The notes below the pieces were generated by a model that was not told the origin of the DNA, did not search any database, and saw only the letters and a list, made by a program, of their open reading frames with translations. The translations under genes were made by a program, and so were the position numbers. Source: Eledone cirrhosa (lineage: Eukaryota). Taken from it: 64,000 nt of DNA. Shown here piece after piece: positions 28,451-40,989 of the stretch. The stretch lies in the NCBI GenBank assembly GCA_964016885.1, contig OZ024759.1:25234001-25298000 (forward strand). The letters run 5' to 3'. Numbering within the stretch: position 1 is the first letter of the stretch; each line of letters opens with the position of its first letter.

Positions 28451-29375
28451 CTATATCGATAAATCTTTGTTTCCCAGAAGACTTTGTAGGTTACATTATA
28501 TTGGAAATTTAGTAGCTGCTGGCTATTAAAGCTTGTTATTATTTTCTGATGCCAGATGGCGTGCTCAGATGTTATGAAGTTTCTCTCCTATCTGAATCTA
28601 TCATACACCTTTACCTTTAGGGGCTCTCCAAGGTATAATCTATAAAACCAATTAACTTCCATCAGGTTAATTTAGATAATGTTGTCAAGTTACCTTCTAA
28701 CACCACACATTGTATATTGCAACCTATGCCACTTACATGCCCACATAAACATTCAAATATCTTCCAACACAGGAAGACATAGACACTGCAAACACTACCA
28801 CCACCACACTTATACCTACATACACATACACCTTCCCACACACTTAGGGACATACACACAACAAACACTGCTAGACCCCAGCTTATACACCCCCACACAC
28901 ATACATAGAAACATATACTGCCATGCCCACATTTATACCCTCCCTCACACACACATATACCTCCCCCCCACACAGACATACACACTACATACATCCCTCC
29001 ACCTGCTTATACCCCCTCCCCATCCACACAGAGATACCTCCCCACACACATAGTCATGTGGCTCTTCCAGTATGTCTCCCTCATCATCCTCTGGAGAAAC
29101 ACCTCTATTCTGTCCACCATGGCTGCAGGGCGACCAGACCAGTGCGTGGGCCCCCATTTGCTCATAATAGTGAGAGAAGGGGAGAGTGGCAGAGACGGAG
29201 GGAGTGACAGTGGGAGGTTAGTTCTTTTGTGTTCGGACCTGGTGTATATGTATATGTTTTACGGGGACACACTCACACTGAGGCAATTTAAACTGAGGCA
29301 ATGTCTAAATTTGAAACAAATATTGGACATAAACTGAACTCATATGAATATATTCACAAACAAATTTTTTTAAAT

Positions 29376-29652
29376 GCACTGGGGTCGATTTAATCAAATT
29401 TCTCCCTCCTCTAAAATTGTTGGCCTTGTGCTTTAATCAGAAACCATTATTTACAGACAGGGTGGTGGATTGGCAGTATCAGTAAAGGGTCAGACGGCAT
29501 GCTTTGCAGCAAAGAGTTACAGCCCTTTATGGTCTGAGTTCAAATCCTGCCAAGGTTAACTTTGCCTTTCATCCTTATGGGGTCGATAAAATAAAGTACC
29601 AGTAATACACTGTGATAATTGCTGGCCTTGTGCCAAAAGTAGAAACAATTAT
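29376..29652 (+). mobile_element. SINE family A 3' fragment followed by a full copy (29460-29650)
   Basis: A and B boxes plus central domain; imperfect TSD ATTATTTACAGACA / ATTATTTACTGACA. Confidence 0.88.
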
Positions 29653-30317
29653 TTACTGACATTCAGTTGGAAAGAAACAAGATAGAGTCTGTATTGATAT
29701 TTCAGGAAGAGAATTATTTGAAAAAATGTTAAAAATTTCAAAATAAACATATCAGAAGTATTGATTCATGAAAATATTAGATATTGATAAACATAAACTA
29801 AATATTGGTTATTAATAAACACAAATACACATAAATTCTTATTTCTGTTTAAATTTTAATGTAATAAATGATTTGATTTCAACATAAATAAAAATTTTTT
29901 TTATATTTAAACGAAGAATTTGGCTGATATTTCGTTTTTATTTTGCTCAGGTACATATGTCTGTATTTTCTTTCATTTTATTTTAAATCTATACTAATTC
30001 TATCTGTTTCTGTCTATCAATAATAGTTCAATAGATTTCCTTCTGATGTATTTCCTCTTGTAAAAGAAAATATCAGTTAGCAGGGGCTATTGACCAAAAG
30101 AATACGATCTTGAATACAAGCAGCTGAAATGGGATTCCTCCGAGGGGTCTTTGGAGTAACATTACTTGATGGAGTGTGTAGCTTGAAGATTAGAGAGTCA
30201 CTCCAGATAGAGCTGTTACTGACAATGATGATGATGCAATAATAGTCAGAGCATTAGTGAATTATTAAGATATTTGCTTCACAATTATGTATGAACTATC
30301 AAGACCCAACTGGCACT

Positions 30318-31135
30318 AAACAACAACCACAACAACCACATCAACTACAACAACCACAACAACTACAACAACCACAACAGCAATAACCACAACAACTACA
30401 ACCACAATAACCACAACAACAACCACCACAACAACAACCACAACAACAACCACAACAACCAGAGTCAAATCAACCACAACAACAACTACAACCACCATAA
30501 AAACCACAACAACAACAACTACAACAACCACAACAACAACCACAACAGCAACAACAATAACAACCACAACTTGATATTGTTAATAATTCACAGAACGCAG
30601 AAAATATTTCAAATTTCAGTTTGGGAGTGAAACATCTCGGAATAATCTGATTAATGGCCGACAAGGAAATTAAAGCCATCTTGGTATTTAAATAACTGAG
30701 CTGATCACTTTAAAAACCCATTTCTTCAAAATTACCAGAACCAAAAATATGGCAAAGAAACATTATATGTTGTTCCATTGAATGCCGATGATGTTGTTGT
30801 TATTATTGTTGATACTGTTGTTGTTGTTATTGTTGGTTCTGCTGTTGTTGTTAGTGTTGTTACTGTTACTGATATTTTTATTGTTGTTGTTATTAGTGTT
30901 ACTGCTGCTGTTGTTATTATTATAGGTGCTGTTGTTGTTGATATTGTTAGTGTTGTTATTGCTGTTTCTGTTGCTGATAATGTTGTTGTTATTGTTGTTG
31001 GTGTTGTTGTTGATATTGTTGTTGTTGTTGGTAGTGGTGGTGTTAGTGTTGTTGATGATATTGTTGTTACTGTTAGGGTTGACAGTGGTGTTGTTTGTGT
31101 TATTATTAGTGTTGTTGTTGGTGTTGTTGTTACTG
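30318..31135. repeat. (CAA)n-rich and (GTT)n-rich tracts facing each other around a ~210-bp unique core
   Basis: Tracts at 30318-30570 and 30785-31135. Confidence 0.9.
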
Positions 31136-32112
31136 TAACACAACTGGTCACAGAAAACATTCACAGACAGAAATATAATCTATAATCAAATTTCTCTTCC
31201 ATTATTATCTATAAATCTTCCAGCTGTAAAGTTGGTAAAAGTCATTATGGATTGATCTGTTTAGTATATTTGCTGTGTTTGTTGTGTTGGTGTTGGTTTG
31301 TTAGTGTTGGTGTGTTAGTTTGGTGTGTTAGTGTTGGTGTGTTAGTTTGGTGTGTTAGTGTTGGTGTGTTAGTGTTAGTGTTGGTGTGTTAGTGTTGGTG
31401 TGTTAGTGTTGGTGTGTTAGTGTTGGTATGTTTGGTGTTGGTGTGTTAGTGTTGGTGTGTTAGTGTTGATGTGTTTGGTGTTGGTGTGTTGGTGTATTAG
31501 TGTTGATGTGTTTGGTGTTGGTATGTTGGTGTGTTAGTGTCGATGTGTTGGTGTTGGTGTGTTAGTGTTGATGTGTTTGGTGTTGTTGTTGGTGTGTTGG
31601 TGTGTTTGGTATGTTGGTCTGTTTAGTATGTTTAGTGTGTTTTGTGTTGGTGTTGGTGTGTTAGTCTTGATGTGTTTGGTATTGGTGTTGCTGTTATGTA
31701 TGGACGCTGAATGAAGAAAAGCCTATACATAGACAATCTAACGACAATATAACAACAACATAACTCATAAAAGGAATCTTCATCTCCATTGTCTTCTCAA
31801 AGATCAGAGATCAGAGAGACTGGAATTCTCTGAATTGGTCAGAATTATTAGTGAACCTTAGCTGACCCTTTGCTGGAACAAGGACGTCATTTTAACCTGA
31901 TTTAAACCATGGAATATATAATTTGTGGGTTATTTGTTAGGTTAATAAGGTGTTCAAAAGAAGATAAACAGAAATATTTCATGTAATTTCAATTGTAACT
32001 AACTTTTAGAAAGACGAGAATTTGGTAGAAATGGAAGAAAATTGTAGTTATTTACTGAGATTCAGGTTAGGTCAGAATCAACGTTATTTTTCTTTCTTCT
32101 GCTGACAATAAG

Positions 32113-32162
<50 letters not shown>

Positions 32163-32293
32163 ATATACATATATCATCATCATCGTTTAGCGTCCATCTT
32201 CCACACTAGCATGTATATACATATATATATATGTGTGTATATATATATATATATAAATATATATATATAAATATACATATATATACATATACA

Positions 32294-32337
<44 letters not shown>

Positions 32338-32391
32338 TATATATATAGATATACATATATATACATATACACGCATAGATATATATATATA

Positions 32392-32512
32392 TCCTGAGTT
32401 CAATCGGAGGTAACCACAGTAAGTAAGGTACTCAATACATAGCAGAGTATAAATGTTTAATATAGAATTGGCTTCTACAGGACTAGAACTGTTTCATTCG
32501 AAGAAAACCATC
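32392..32512 (-). mobile_element. Family H1 element: tail plus 3' half of the hammerhead motif
   Basis: Reverse complement of GAATGAAACAGTTCTAGTCCTGTAGAAGCC...TATGTATTGAGTACCTTAC...GGTTACCTCCGATTGAAC, abutting (TA)n. Confidence 0.7.
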
Positions 32513-33689
32513 TTGCTCGGGGCTTCCTCCTGGGACGCCAGACAGTTGGTTTTGCCTGTAAAATTTGTCTACTGATTCATTCCTGAGACATTCTAACCAC
32601 ATGCCCATAGTATTGGAGGTGTGATCTCTCAATGCAGAGAAGTCGCGGCTCTACCTGGAGTGACTCTCTGATCTCTGAGCCATGCACTCTATCAAGTAAT
32701 ATTACTCCAAAGACAAAATTATTATTAATCTTCACTAAAGACAATTATTATTAGTGTTTACTAAACATCATTATTAATGTTTACTAAACATAAACAATCA
32801 CTAATTTAATATCTAATATTCTCTAAACTATCTATAATATCATAAACATACTGCGTTGTGAAGATGATAACATCAAGCTCCTGCTGTGGAGAGTTGAATA
32901 GATAGAAATAATATACAGAAAGAATTGTTTGCCTCCAGCATAAACATATGCTTTAATAAAGCAAGGAAGATCTCTCCAAACAAAAATCAAAAAACACATT
33001 TCTTTAGTCTTTCTAAATTATCTAAATCCACTTATATTTAATAATAAAATATAATTTTAGATTACATTCCTAGTCATCTAATTCAGTTACTGTGTTGGCT
33101 GAAAGCCACAGTAAACAACTTGTCCTTTAAACTTCATAAACAATAATAAGAAACATTTTTTTTTTGGTGGGGGTGTGGGGTGGGGTGGGGGATATACAAA
33201 CATTGTTATTATTGTCGTTGTCATGGTCTCATCGTCGTCGTCATAATTGTTGTCATTGTCATCGCTGTCAACATTTTCACTATAATTGTCATCGTCATAA
33301 TTGTCATAGTCACTGTCATTGTTGTCATCACCATCTTCGCCATCATCATCACTATCGTTGTCATCATAATTGTTGTCATCGTCGTCACCGTCATCATCTT
33401 CATTGTCATCACCATCATCATCATTATCATTGTCATCATAATTGTTGTCATCATCATCACCGTCATCATCTTCATTGTCATCACCATCATCATTATCATT
33501 GTCATCATAATTATCATCATCTTCATTGTCATCATCATCATCTTCTTTGTCATCACCATCATCGCTGTTGTCATCATCATCATTATCGTTGTCATCCTAA
33601 TTGTTATCATCTTCACTGTCATTGTCATTACTGCCATCATCATCGCCATCATCATTGTCGTCATCTCCTCATCGTCATTGTCATCATTT

Positions 33690-34650
33690 GACATCCATTC
33701 TCTATACTGGCATGGGCTGGACTGGGTGTCCTGGTTTGTGACTAGGCAGGTTGGAAGAGCACACTTTCATCATGCTTTCCATATTTGGCATGGTTTCTGC
33801 AGCTGTATGCCCTTCTTAATGCCAATCATGTTACACAGTGTACAGGGTGCCTTTGATTATGACACCAGCACTACCACTTTACAGAGTGTACAGGGTGCCT
33901 TTGATTATGACACCAGCACTACCACTTTACAGAGTGTACTGGGTTTATTTTATCATAGCAACCACTACCACCTAACAGAGTGTACTGAGTGTATTTCATC
34001 ATGTCACCAGCAGTACCACCTAACAGAGAGTACTGAGTGTATTTTATCATGACACCAACACTACCACTTTACAGAGTGTACTGGGTGTGTTTTATCATGA
34101 CACGACCTAACAGAGTGTACTGAGTGTATTTCATCATGTCACCAGCAGTACCACCTAACAGAGAGTACTGAGTGTATTTTATCATGACACCAACACTACC
34201 ACTTTACAGAGTGTACTGGGTGTGTTTTATCATGTCACCAGCAGTACCACCTAACAGAGAGTACTGAGTGTATTTTATCATGACACCAACACTACCACTT
34301 TACAGAGTGTACTAGGTGTGTTTTATCATGACACGACCTAACAGAGTGTACTGAGTGTATTTCATCATGTCACCAGCAGTACCACCTAACAGAGAGTACT
34401 GGGTGTATTTTATCATGACACCAACACTACCACTTTACAGAGTGTACTGGGTGTGTTTTATCATGACACAACCTAACAGAGTGTACAGAGTGTATTTCAT
34501 CATGTCACCAGCAGTACCACCTAACAGAGAGTACTGAGTGTATTTTATCATGACACCAACACTACCACTTTACAGAGTGTACTAGGTGTATTTTATCATG
34601 ACACCAACACTACCACTTTACAGAGTGTAGTGAGTGCATTTTATCATGAC
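33690..34650 (-). repeat. RTE 3' UTR fragment running into a ~39-bp minisatellite derived from it
   Basis: Unit ACTACCACTTTACAGAGTGTACTGGGTGTATTTTATCATGACACCAAC-like; compare the RTE UTR CCACTTTACAGTGTGGGCTGGGTGCTTTTTTGCCGTGGCACC at 22902. Confidence 0.8.
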
Positions 34651-35059
34651 AGCAATAATAATTTTATTAAATCCCTCAAAATTCTTCATTAACTAATTAA
34701 AATAGAGTGTATTTCACTTGAAATGTAATCATAAAATAGTTAATGTTTGCCAACATGTTTCACCACAGCTTAACACTCAAATAGATTTTTTTATTGGTGT
34801 GGGCTTTATGGAGCTCCATGCTGGATGGGAGTTTGTTCTTTCCAGCATATGGCTCTTAAAAACGAAGGTTTAATACACATGGACGCACATACATACATAG
34901 ACACACACACATACATATATACATGCAAGCACATCCAATTATACATATGAATTCACACACTTGTAGATATACACAAACATACATGCACACACATATATAC
35001 GTACATGTATATGTGTGTGTGTGTGTATGTATGTATATATATATATATAAATACATACA

Positions 35060-35143
<84 letters not shown>

Positions 35144-35148
<5 letters not shown>

Positions 35149-35491
35149 GATATTAAACAAATGGAAACTATATTTATAAAACCATATTTATTTCATTATA
35201 CATATTTCGGGGATACCATATTAAAAATATGGCATGCCTTCGTCAGATAAAATACAATATATAAACAGTTTTATAAATAATTTTGACGTACCATAAATAT
35301 GAGCGACCATTATGTAGGAAGCTTTTTTTAATATGGTATCCCCGAAATATGTATAATGAAATAAATATGGTTTTATAAATATAGTTTCCATTTGTTTAAT
35401 ATAGTATATCTACTCCAAAAACTTGTCGAGTGCTTTATATCAGTTATAAAATATTTACTTGTTGTAACCCAACAATTTTAAATAAAACTTT

Positions 35492-35495
<4 letters not shown>
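35144..35495 (+). mobile_element. Inverted-repeat element (family H2): ~83-bp arms plus tail, with a hammerhead-like core on the minus strand at about 35195-35252
   Basis: Homologous to 50930-51357 in the opposite orientation; CTGACGA-stem-GAAA core; (TA)n flanks. Confidence 0.78.
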
Positions 35496-35531
<36 letters not shown>

Positions 35532-35577
35532 TAATATATAATATATGTATATATATATATATATAAAAATACATACA

Positions 35578-35611
<34 letters not shown>

Positions 35612-35733
35612 ATATTTCAACAACAGGCTTTTAATATTTAGTTTTTGTGCAAAAAAAAAAGAAATAGAACGTTTTAGTGTCTACTCCCAAATGGATTCTA
35701 TTTAGTAGATCATAGTCACTTTATATACATCAA

Positions 35734-35788
<55 letters not shown>

Positions 35789-35956
35789 TATCTAATATAT
35801 CGTATATATACACATACATTGTTTGTGTGTTTGTATATATATATATGTGTGTATGCATGTTTGTGTCTGTATTTATATGTATGTGTGCACATGTGTTCAA
35901 GCATCTCTCTCTCTCTCTCACACACACACACGCACACACACACACACACACACACG

Positions 35957-35996
<40 letters not shown>

Positions 35997-36025
35997 CACA
36001 TACATATATATATATATATACACAC

Positions 36026-36122
<97 letters not shown>

Positions 36123-37945
36123 TGTATGTAATGAATATATACAATACACTCATACTGGAAACTATATAAATAATATCCATACATCAAATACCTATGTATG
36201 GCTGTGCGTATATATATTGTATATTTGGCTATGCCAATGCCAACACCATTACTCTGTTCATGCTAATAACAGCACAACTACCACTAAAACCAACAACACA
36301 CCAACAACAACAACAACAACGCCACCACCGCCACCAACAACACCAACGCCACCACCAACAAGACTAATACCACTAACAACACCAACAACAACACTAATAC
36401 CACCACCAACAACACCAACACCAACAACGACGACAACAATAACAACACCACCACCAACACCATTTCTCCTATGTTAATAACACCACAACCACTGCCACCA
36501 TTATCCCCACCACCACCTCCACAATCCTTCCTTCACCACCACCTCTACCAACTGCAACAACTTCTTTCTTCACACCATTGCTACCTCCCCTCCTCCTCTA
36601 CCTCCGCACCCCTCCCCACCACCAACAACAACAACAACTCTGAGAAAAACATGAATAATTTCCCAGCTTGGATCTTGCATCATGTTAAAAATCTCTTCAA
36701 ATATTGAAAGAAAACAGAACTCTCTCAAATTTGTCCAAATTTCAAAGATGATTCTTGTGAAGTTTGGCATAACAACACAAATGAAGCAGTGGTTGTTTTG
36801 GCTTGTTTTTTTTGTTTCTTTCTATATTCTTCACCATCATTACCAACACCACCATCATCACCACCACTACTAACACCACTATCATCACCACCACTATCAC
36901 CACCATTATCACAACCACTTTCACCACCATCATCACCAAAAACACCACTATCAACTCCACCACTACCATCACCACTATCATCAACACCGCCATCACCACC
37001 ATCTCCACCACCAAAAACGCCATCTTCATCACCACCAACACCATTATCACTACCATCATCACCACACTTCAGGGCAAGTTCACTTAAGGCAGATTGTTTT
37101 AAATCTTTCACAATACTCTTGACATATTTCTGTTGGAAATAAGTGTTAAGTAGAGTAAAGCTATGTGAGAGAAAGTCTATAGGATGTGGTTGATCTTTTG
37201 TACATGTAATACATTTTTCAAAATAAATTTTTATCACCTTTTATTCTGATACAAAACCGCCTGAAACCGGCCCTAGCCCTGTTTCCCTGATATAAAACTG
37301 CTTTAAAGTGTTTATATTCATCTAAAAACCTTTCAATGGAATTTTTTTGCAAGAACCATCGTTTAGTTATGTTCCAGGCTATCTGAAACCAGCTGTTTTC
37401 CTGATATGAAACTGCTTGCTTTAACCTTTTAATGTTCAAACCGGCCAAAACCAGCCAGAATTCTCTACCTCATTCTGTTGAAACTGGCTGTAACTGGTCG
37501 TTCAAACTGATGTTAAGTTATTGTTCTCAAAATAAATACTTTCAAAATCTCATAGATTCGATATTATGTGAGATAATTATGCGAGGTAAAGCCTTTTCCA
37601 TGAAAATATAATAGAAAATATAATAGTATATATAGAGTAGATGGTTAAGATCCATAGTAGATGGTTAAGATCCAGTCATCTTATTTTATCTGATTAGGAC
37701 GTACTGTTGAAGTTATATATATATAAATATATATATATATAACCACATTCTGATATATATATATTCAATACATAAACAGAGAAAGCCTTAAGCGATACTC
37801 CGACCAACTCCATCTCACTCAACAAACATTAGGATATACTTAAGTATTATCCCAATTTAGTGTTTGGGGTGCTAACTAATCAGTATTTCGTGGATAATTG
37901 GTTGTATTATTTTATATGAGACATTATTAAATAAATATCTCATTT

Positions 37946-38073
37946 CATCCAGACGGCCGTTTCGTTAAATGATTTCTAGAATTTGGGATAAATAATTTCC
38001 AGGTTATGTAGAAACTTGTATATAATCCATAGTTTTATACACAAGCGGGCTCTTATAAACTCATCAGTCGATG
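37946..38073 (-). ncRNA. Hammerhead ribozyme-like motif with a ~100-nt stem/loop II
   Basis: Minus strand: CATCGA-CTGATGA-GTT...AAC-GAAAC-GGCC-GTC-TGGATG. Confidence 0.7.
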
Positions 38074-38299
38074 CCCAATCAATAACGATATAAGAATTAT
38101 ATCGACATTAACAGAATGGTGATGGTCTCCCTCAGCGCTAAGAAGAGACTGGTAGATTAGAATCCAGCAGTTCTCTCAAAAAAAAATACACGCTGTCCCC
38201 AAAAGGGTAAAGGGAGGTCATCTTAAAATAAAACAATATACACGCTGGTCAAAGTACTCATTTCTCTCAGCTATCAACCACATACGGATATATTTATAC

Positions 38300-38675
38300 T
38301 AGGGTGGCCCTTAGCAATAGGTAATTAAAAGTTAAAATTTTGCTGCTCCCACAGCAAAAGATAGATGTTTGCCCTATACCTTCGCTCTGTCCCCAGGTTT
38401 GCAAGTTGCCTTCCCCATTATATTTATTATCACTTATCCTTCTAATACCAAGAATAAGTCTGAACAAGTTTTTAATTTAAGAGAAAATTATATAAGAGAT
38501 AACATTTTTTATCTGAAAAAATGACTTTCTGAGAGAAAACTTCAAACTTTCACGGTCAATGAGGGTCACCTTGCAGTTATCTGCTTGTGCTAAAATTTTG
38601 CATAGATTGAGGTTTTGTTAATTGGAACAAGATGGGGGTGCACTTTTCGAAAGTTGAAAAATAAGGGCCACCCTA
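38300..38675. mobile_element. MITE with 14-bp TIR (superfamily unassigned)
   Basis: TAGGGTGGCCCTTA / TAAGGGCCACCCTA. Confidence 0.75.
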
Positions 38676-38763
38676 ATATATATATATATATATATCATCA
38701 TCATTATTTAACGTCCAATATATATATATATATATATATATCATCATCATTATTTAACATCCA

Positions 38764-38951
38764 AGGGCGGTGAATTGGCAGTATCGGTAGAGGGTCTGAC
38801 GCCATGCTTTGACGCATAGAGTTACGGCCCTTGCCATTCTGAGTTCAAATCCCGTCGAGGTTAACTTTGCCTTTCATCCTTACAGGGTCGATAAAATAAA
38901 GTACCAGTAATATACTGGGTATTTGCTGGCCGTGTGCCAAAAGTAGAAACA
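38764..38951 (+). mobile_element. Full-length SINE family A with 15-bp TSD, nested in the tail of a minus-strand RTE UTR
   Basis: ATTATTTAACATCCA at 38749-38763 and 38952-38966. Confidence 0.93.
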
Positions 38952-39388
38952 ATTATTTAACATCCATCTTCCACGCTAGCATGGGTTAGACGGTTTTGTT
39001 CCATTTGATGAGGGAATGGTTGGGAGACCGTGTTTCCATCGCACAGAAGGGTCTCTGGCAGATTTCTTTTTACAGCTGGATGCCCTTCCTAATACCAACC
39101 GCATTTACAGTGTGGACTGGAAGCTTTTTTACCGTGTCTCCTACACAACCACCTTACAGTGTGGACTGTTGTATCATTGACACAGGGCACGGAACAGGAA
39201 AAGGAGGATGGGGTGGGGTGTACATTGGGTTAAGAGGTGCCTACTGACTGTAGGTCTGTATGCAGTTGAGTCATTGGATACAAACCTATAAATATATATA
39301 TATGCACACACACATATATATATAAAGCAGACAACACAGTACAATGAAGAAACATATTAGTTTCATGCTTGATATAGTAGGAAAAGAG

Positions 39389-39424
39389 TCTTTATGTTTC
39401 GGACACTGGTCCCTCATCAGAAGC
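39389..39424 (-). ncRNA. Minimal hammerhead-like motif (family H3)
   Basis: Minus strand: GCTT-CTGATGA-G-GGAC-CAGT-GTCC-GAAAC-ATA-AAGA. Confidence 0.65.
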
Positions 39425-40068
39425 TAGAATGAGAAATAGAATAGGAAATAAAAAGATAGGGAGTGAGCAGTGGAAGGAACAGAAAAAAAATTTTTGGAAA
39501 AAAAAGCACGTGCTTGTACAGTCAACTATTTTTTGGGGGGAAAAGAATATATGTGTGTGTGTATATGTATATATATATATATATACATATATGTGTGTGT
39601 ATATATATATATATAGCATTAGAAGAAGGGAATGCCGAAAACATAAATAAACAAGGATGACACATAATATAAATTACTGAAATAACGACGATAACAACAA
39701 CAACAACTGTATTAACTGATAAATCAAATTTGTCTTTAAAAATAAACGAATAGAAGAAGAAGAAGAAGAAAAAGAAGAAGAAGAAGAAGAAGAAGAAGAA
39801 GAAGAAGAAGAAGAAGAAGAAGAAGAAGAATCAATTTATAGATTTGTAGTAAATAATTTTGGTGGTTTGTCTTTACCACACAGCTTGATGTATATATTAT
39901 ATATGTGTGTGTGTGTGTGTGTTTATATATACACACAAATATATATATATATACACACAAACATATATATATGCACATATATATGCCCTTTTATATATAT
40001 ACATACTAATATATACACACATCCATATATATACATGTATATATATATGCACACATACACATTATATA

Positions 40069-40104
<36 letters not shown>

Positions 40105-40671
40105 CATATATTTATATACACATATATATACATATATATATATACATACATTTATATACATATATATATATACATATATTTATATACATATATATATATA
40201 CATATATTTATATACATATATAAATATATATATTTATTTATATACATATATATATATATTTATATATACATATATATATATACTTATATATTTATATATA
40301 TATATATATACTTATATATTTATATATATATATATATACTTATATATTTATATATATATATACTTATATATATATATTTATATATATATATATATATATA
40401 CTTATATATATATATGTATGTATATATATATAATTGAAGTGGGTAAACGATAAAGTTTTATTAGAAATATAAAGAGAGGAAAGAGTGACAGACATCAATA
40501 TTGGATAAGTTGTTAAAGTTAGATTAGTAGAGTAAAAATATGGTAACATTTAATACTAATAAAGTTGTGTCTACTTTTGGGGAGAGATTTATGGGTACTA
40601 TAGTGGTTTGTGGGGTTCACACACATCTATGTACATGCATATATCACACACACACACACATGTGTATACTG

Positions 40672-40766
<95 letters not shown>

Positions 40767-40835
40767 TATCATCACAGTTTAATGTCTAATATGTATATGT
40801 ATGTATATATACATATAAGTGCGTTTGTATTTATT

Positions 40836-40879
<44 letters not shown>

Positions 40880-40989
40880 TACATGTATACAATTATATAG
40901 ATGCATATAATATATATATATATATATACACACACACATTCACAATTCTATAGATGCATATATATATAACAGTGCACCAACTCGGCCTG

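Noticed and set aside
28615-28641. Possible 25-nt minus-strand micro-exon (TTTTATAG...AAG|GTAAAG); also a donor-like site at about 55417
   Set aside because: Splice-like signals alone are expected by chance, and there is no recognisable peptide.
30732-31185. Mucin-like Thr-rich ORF
   Set aside because: (GTT)n repeat open in multiple frames, with no splice support.
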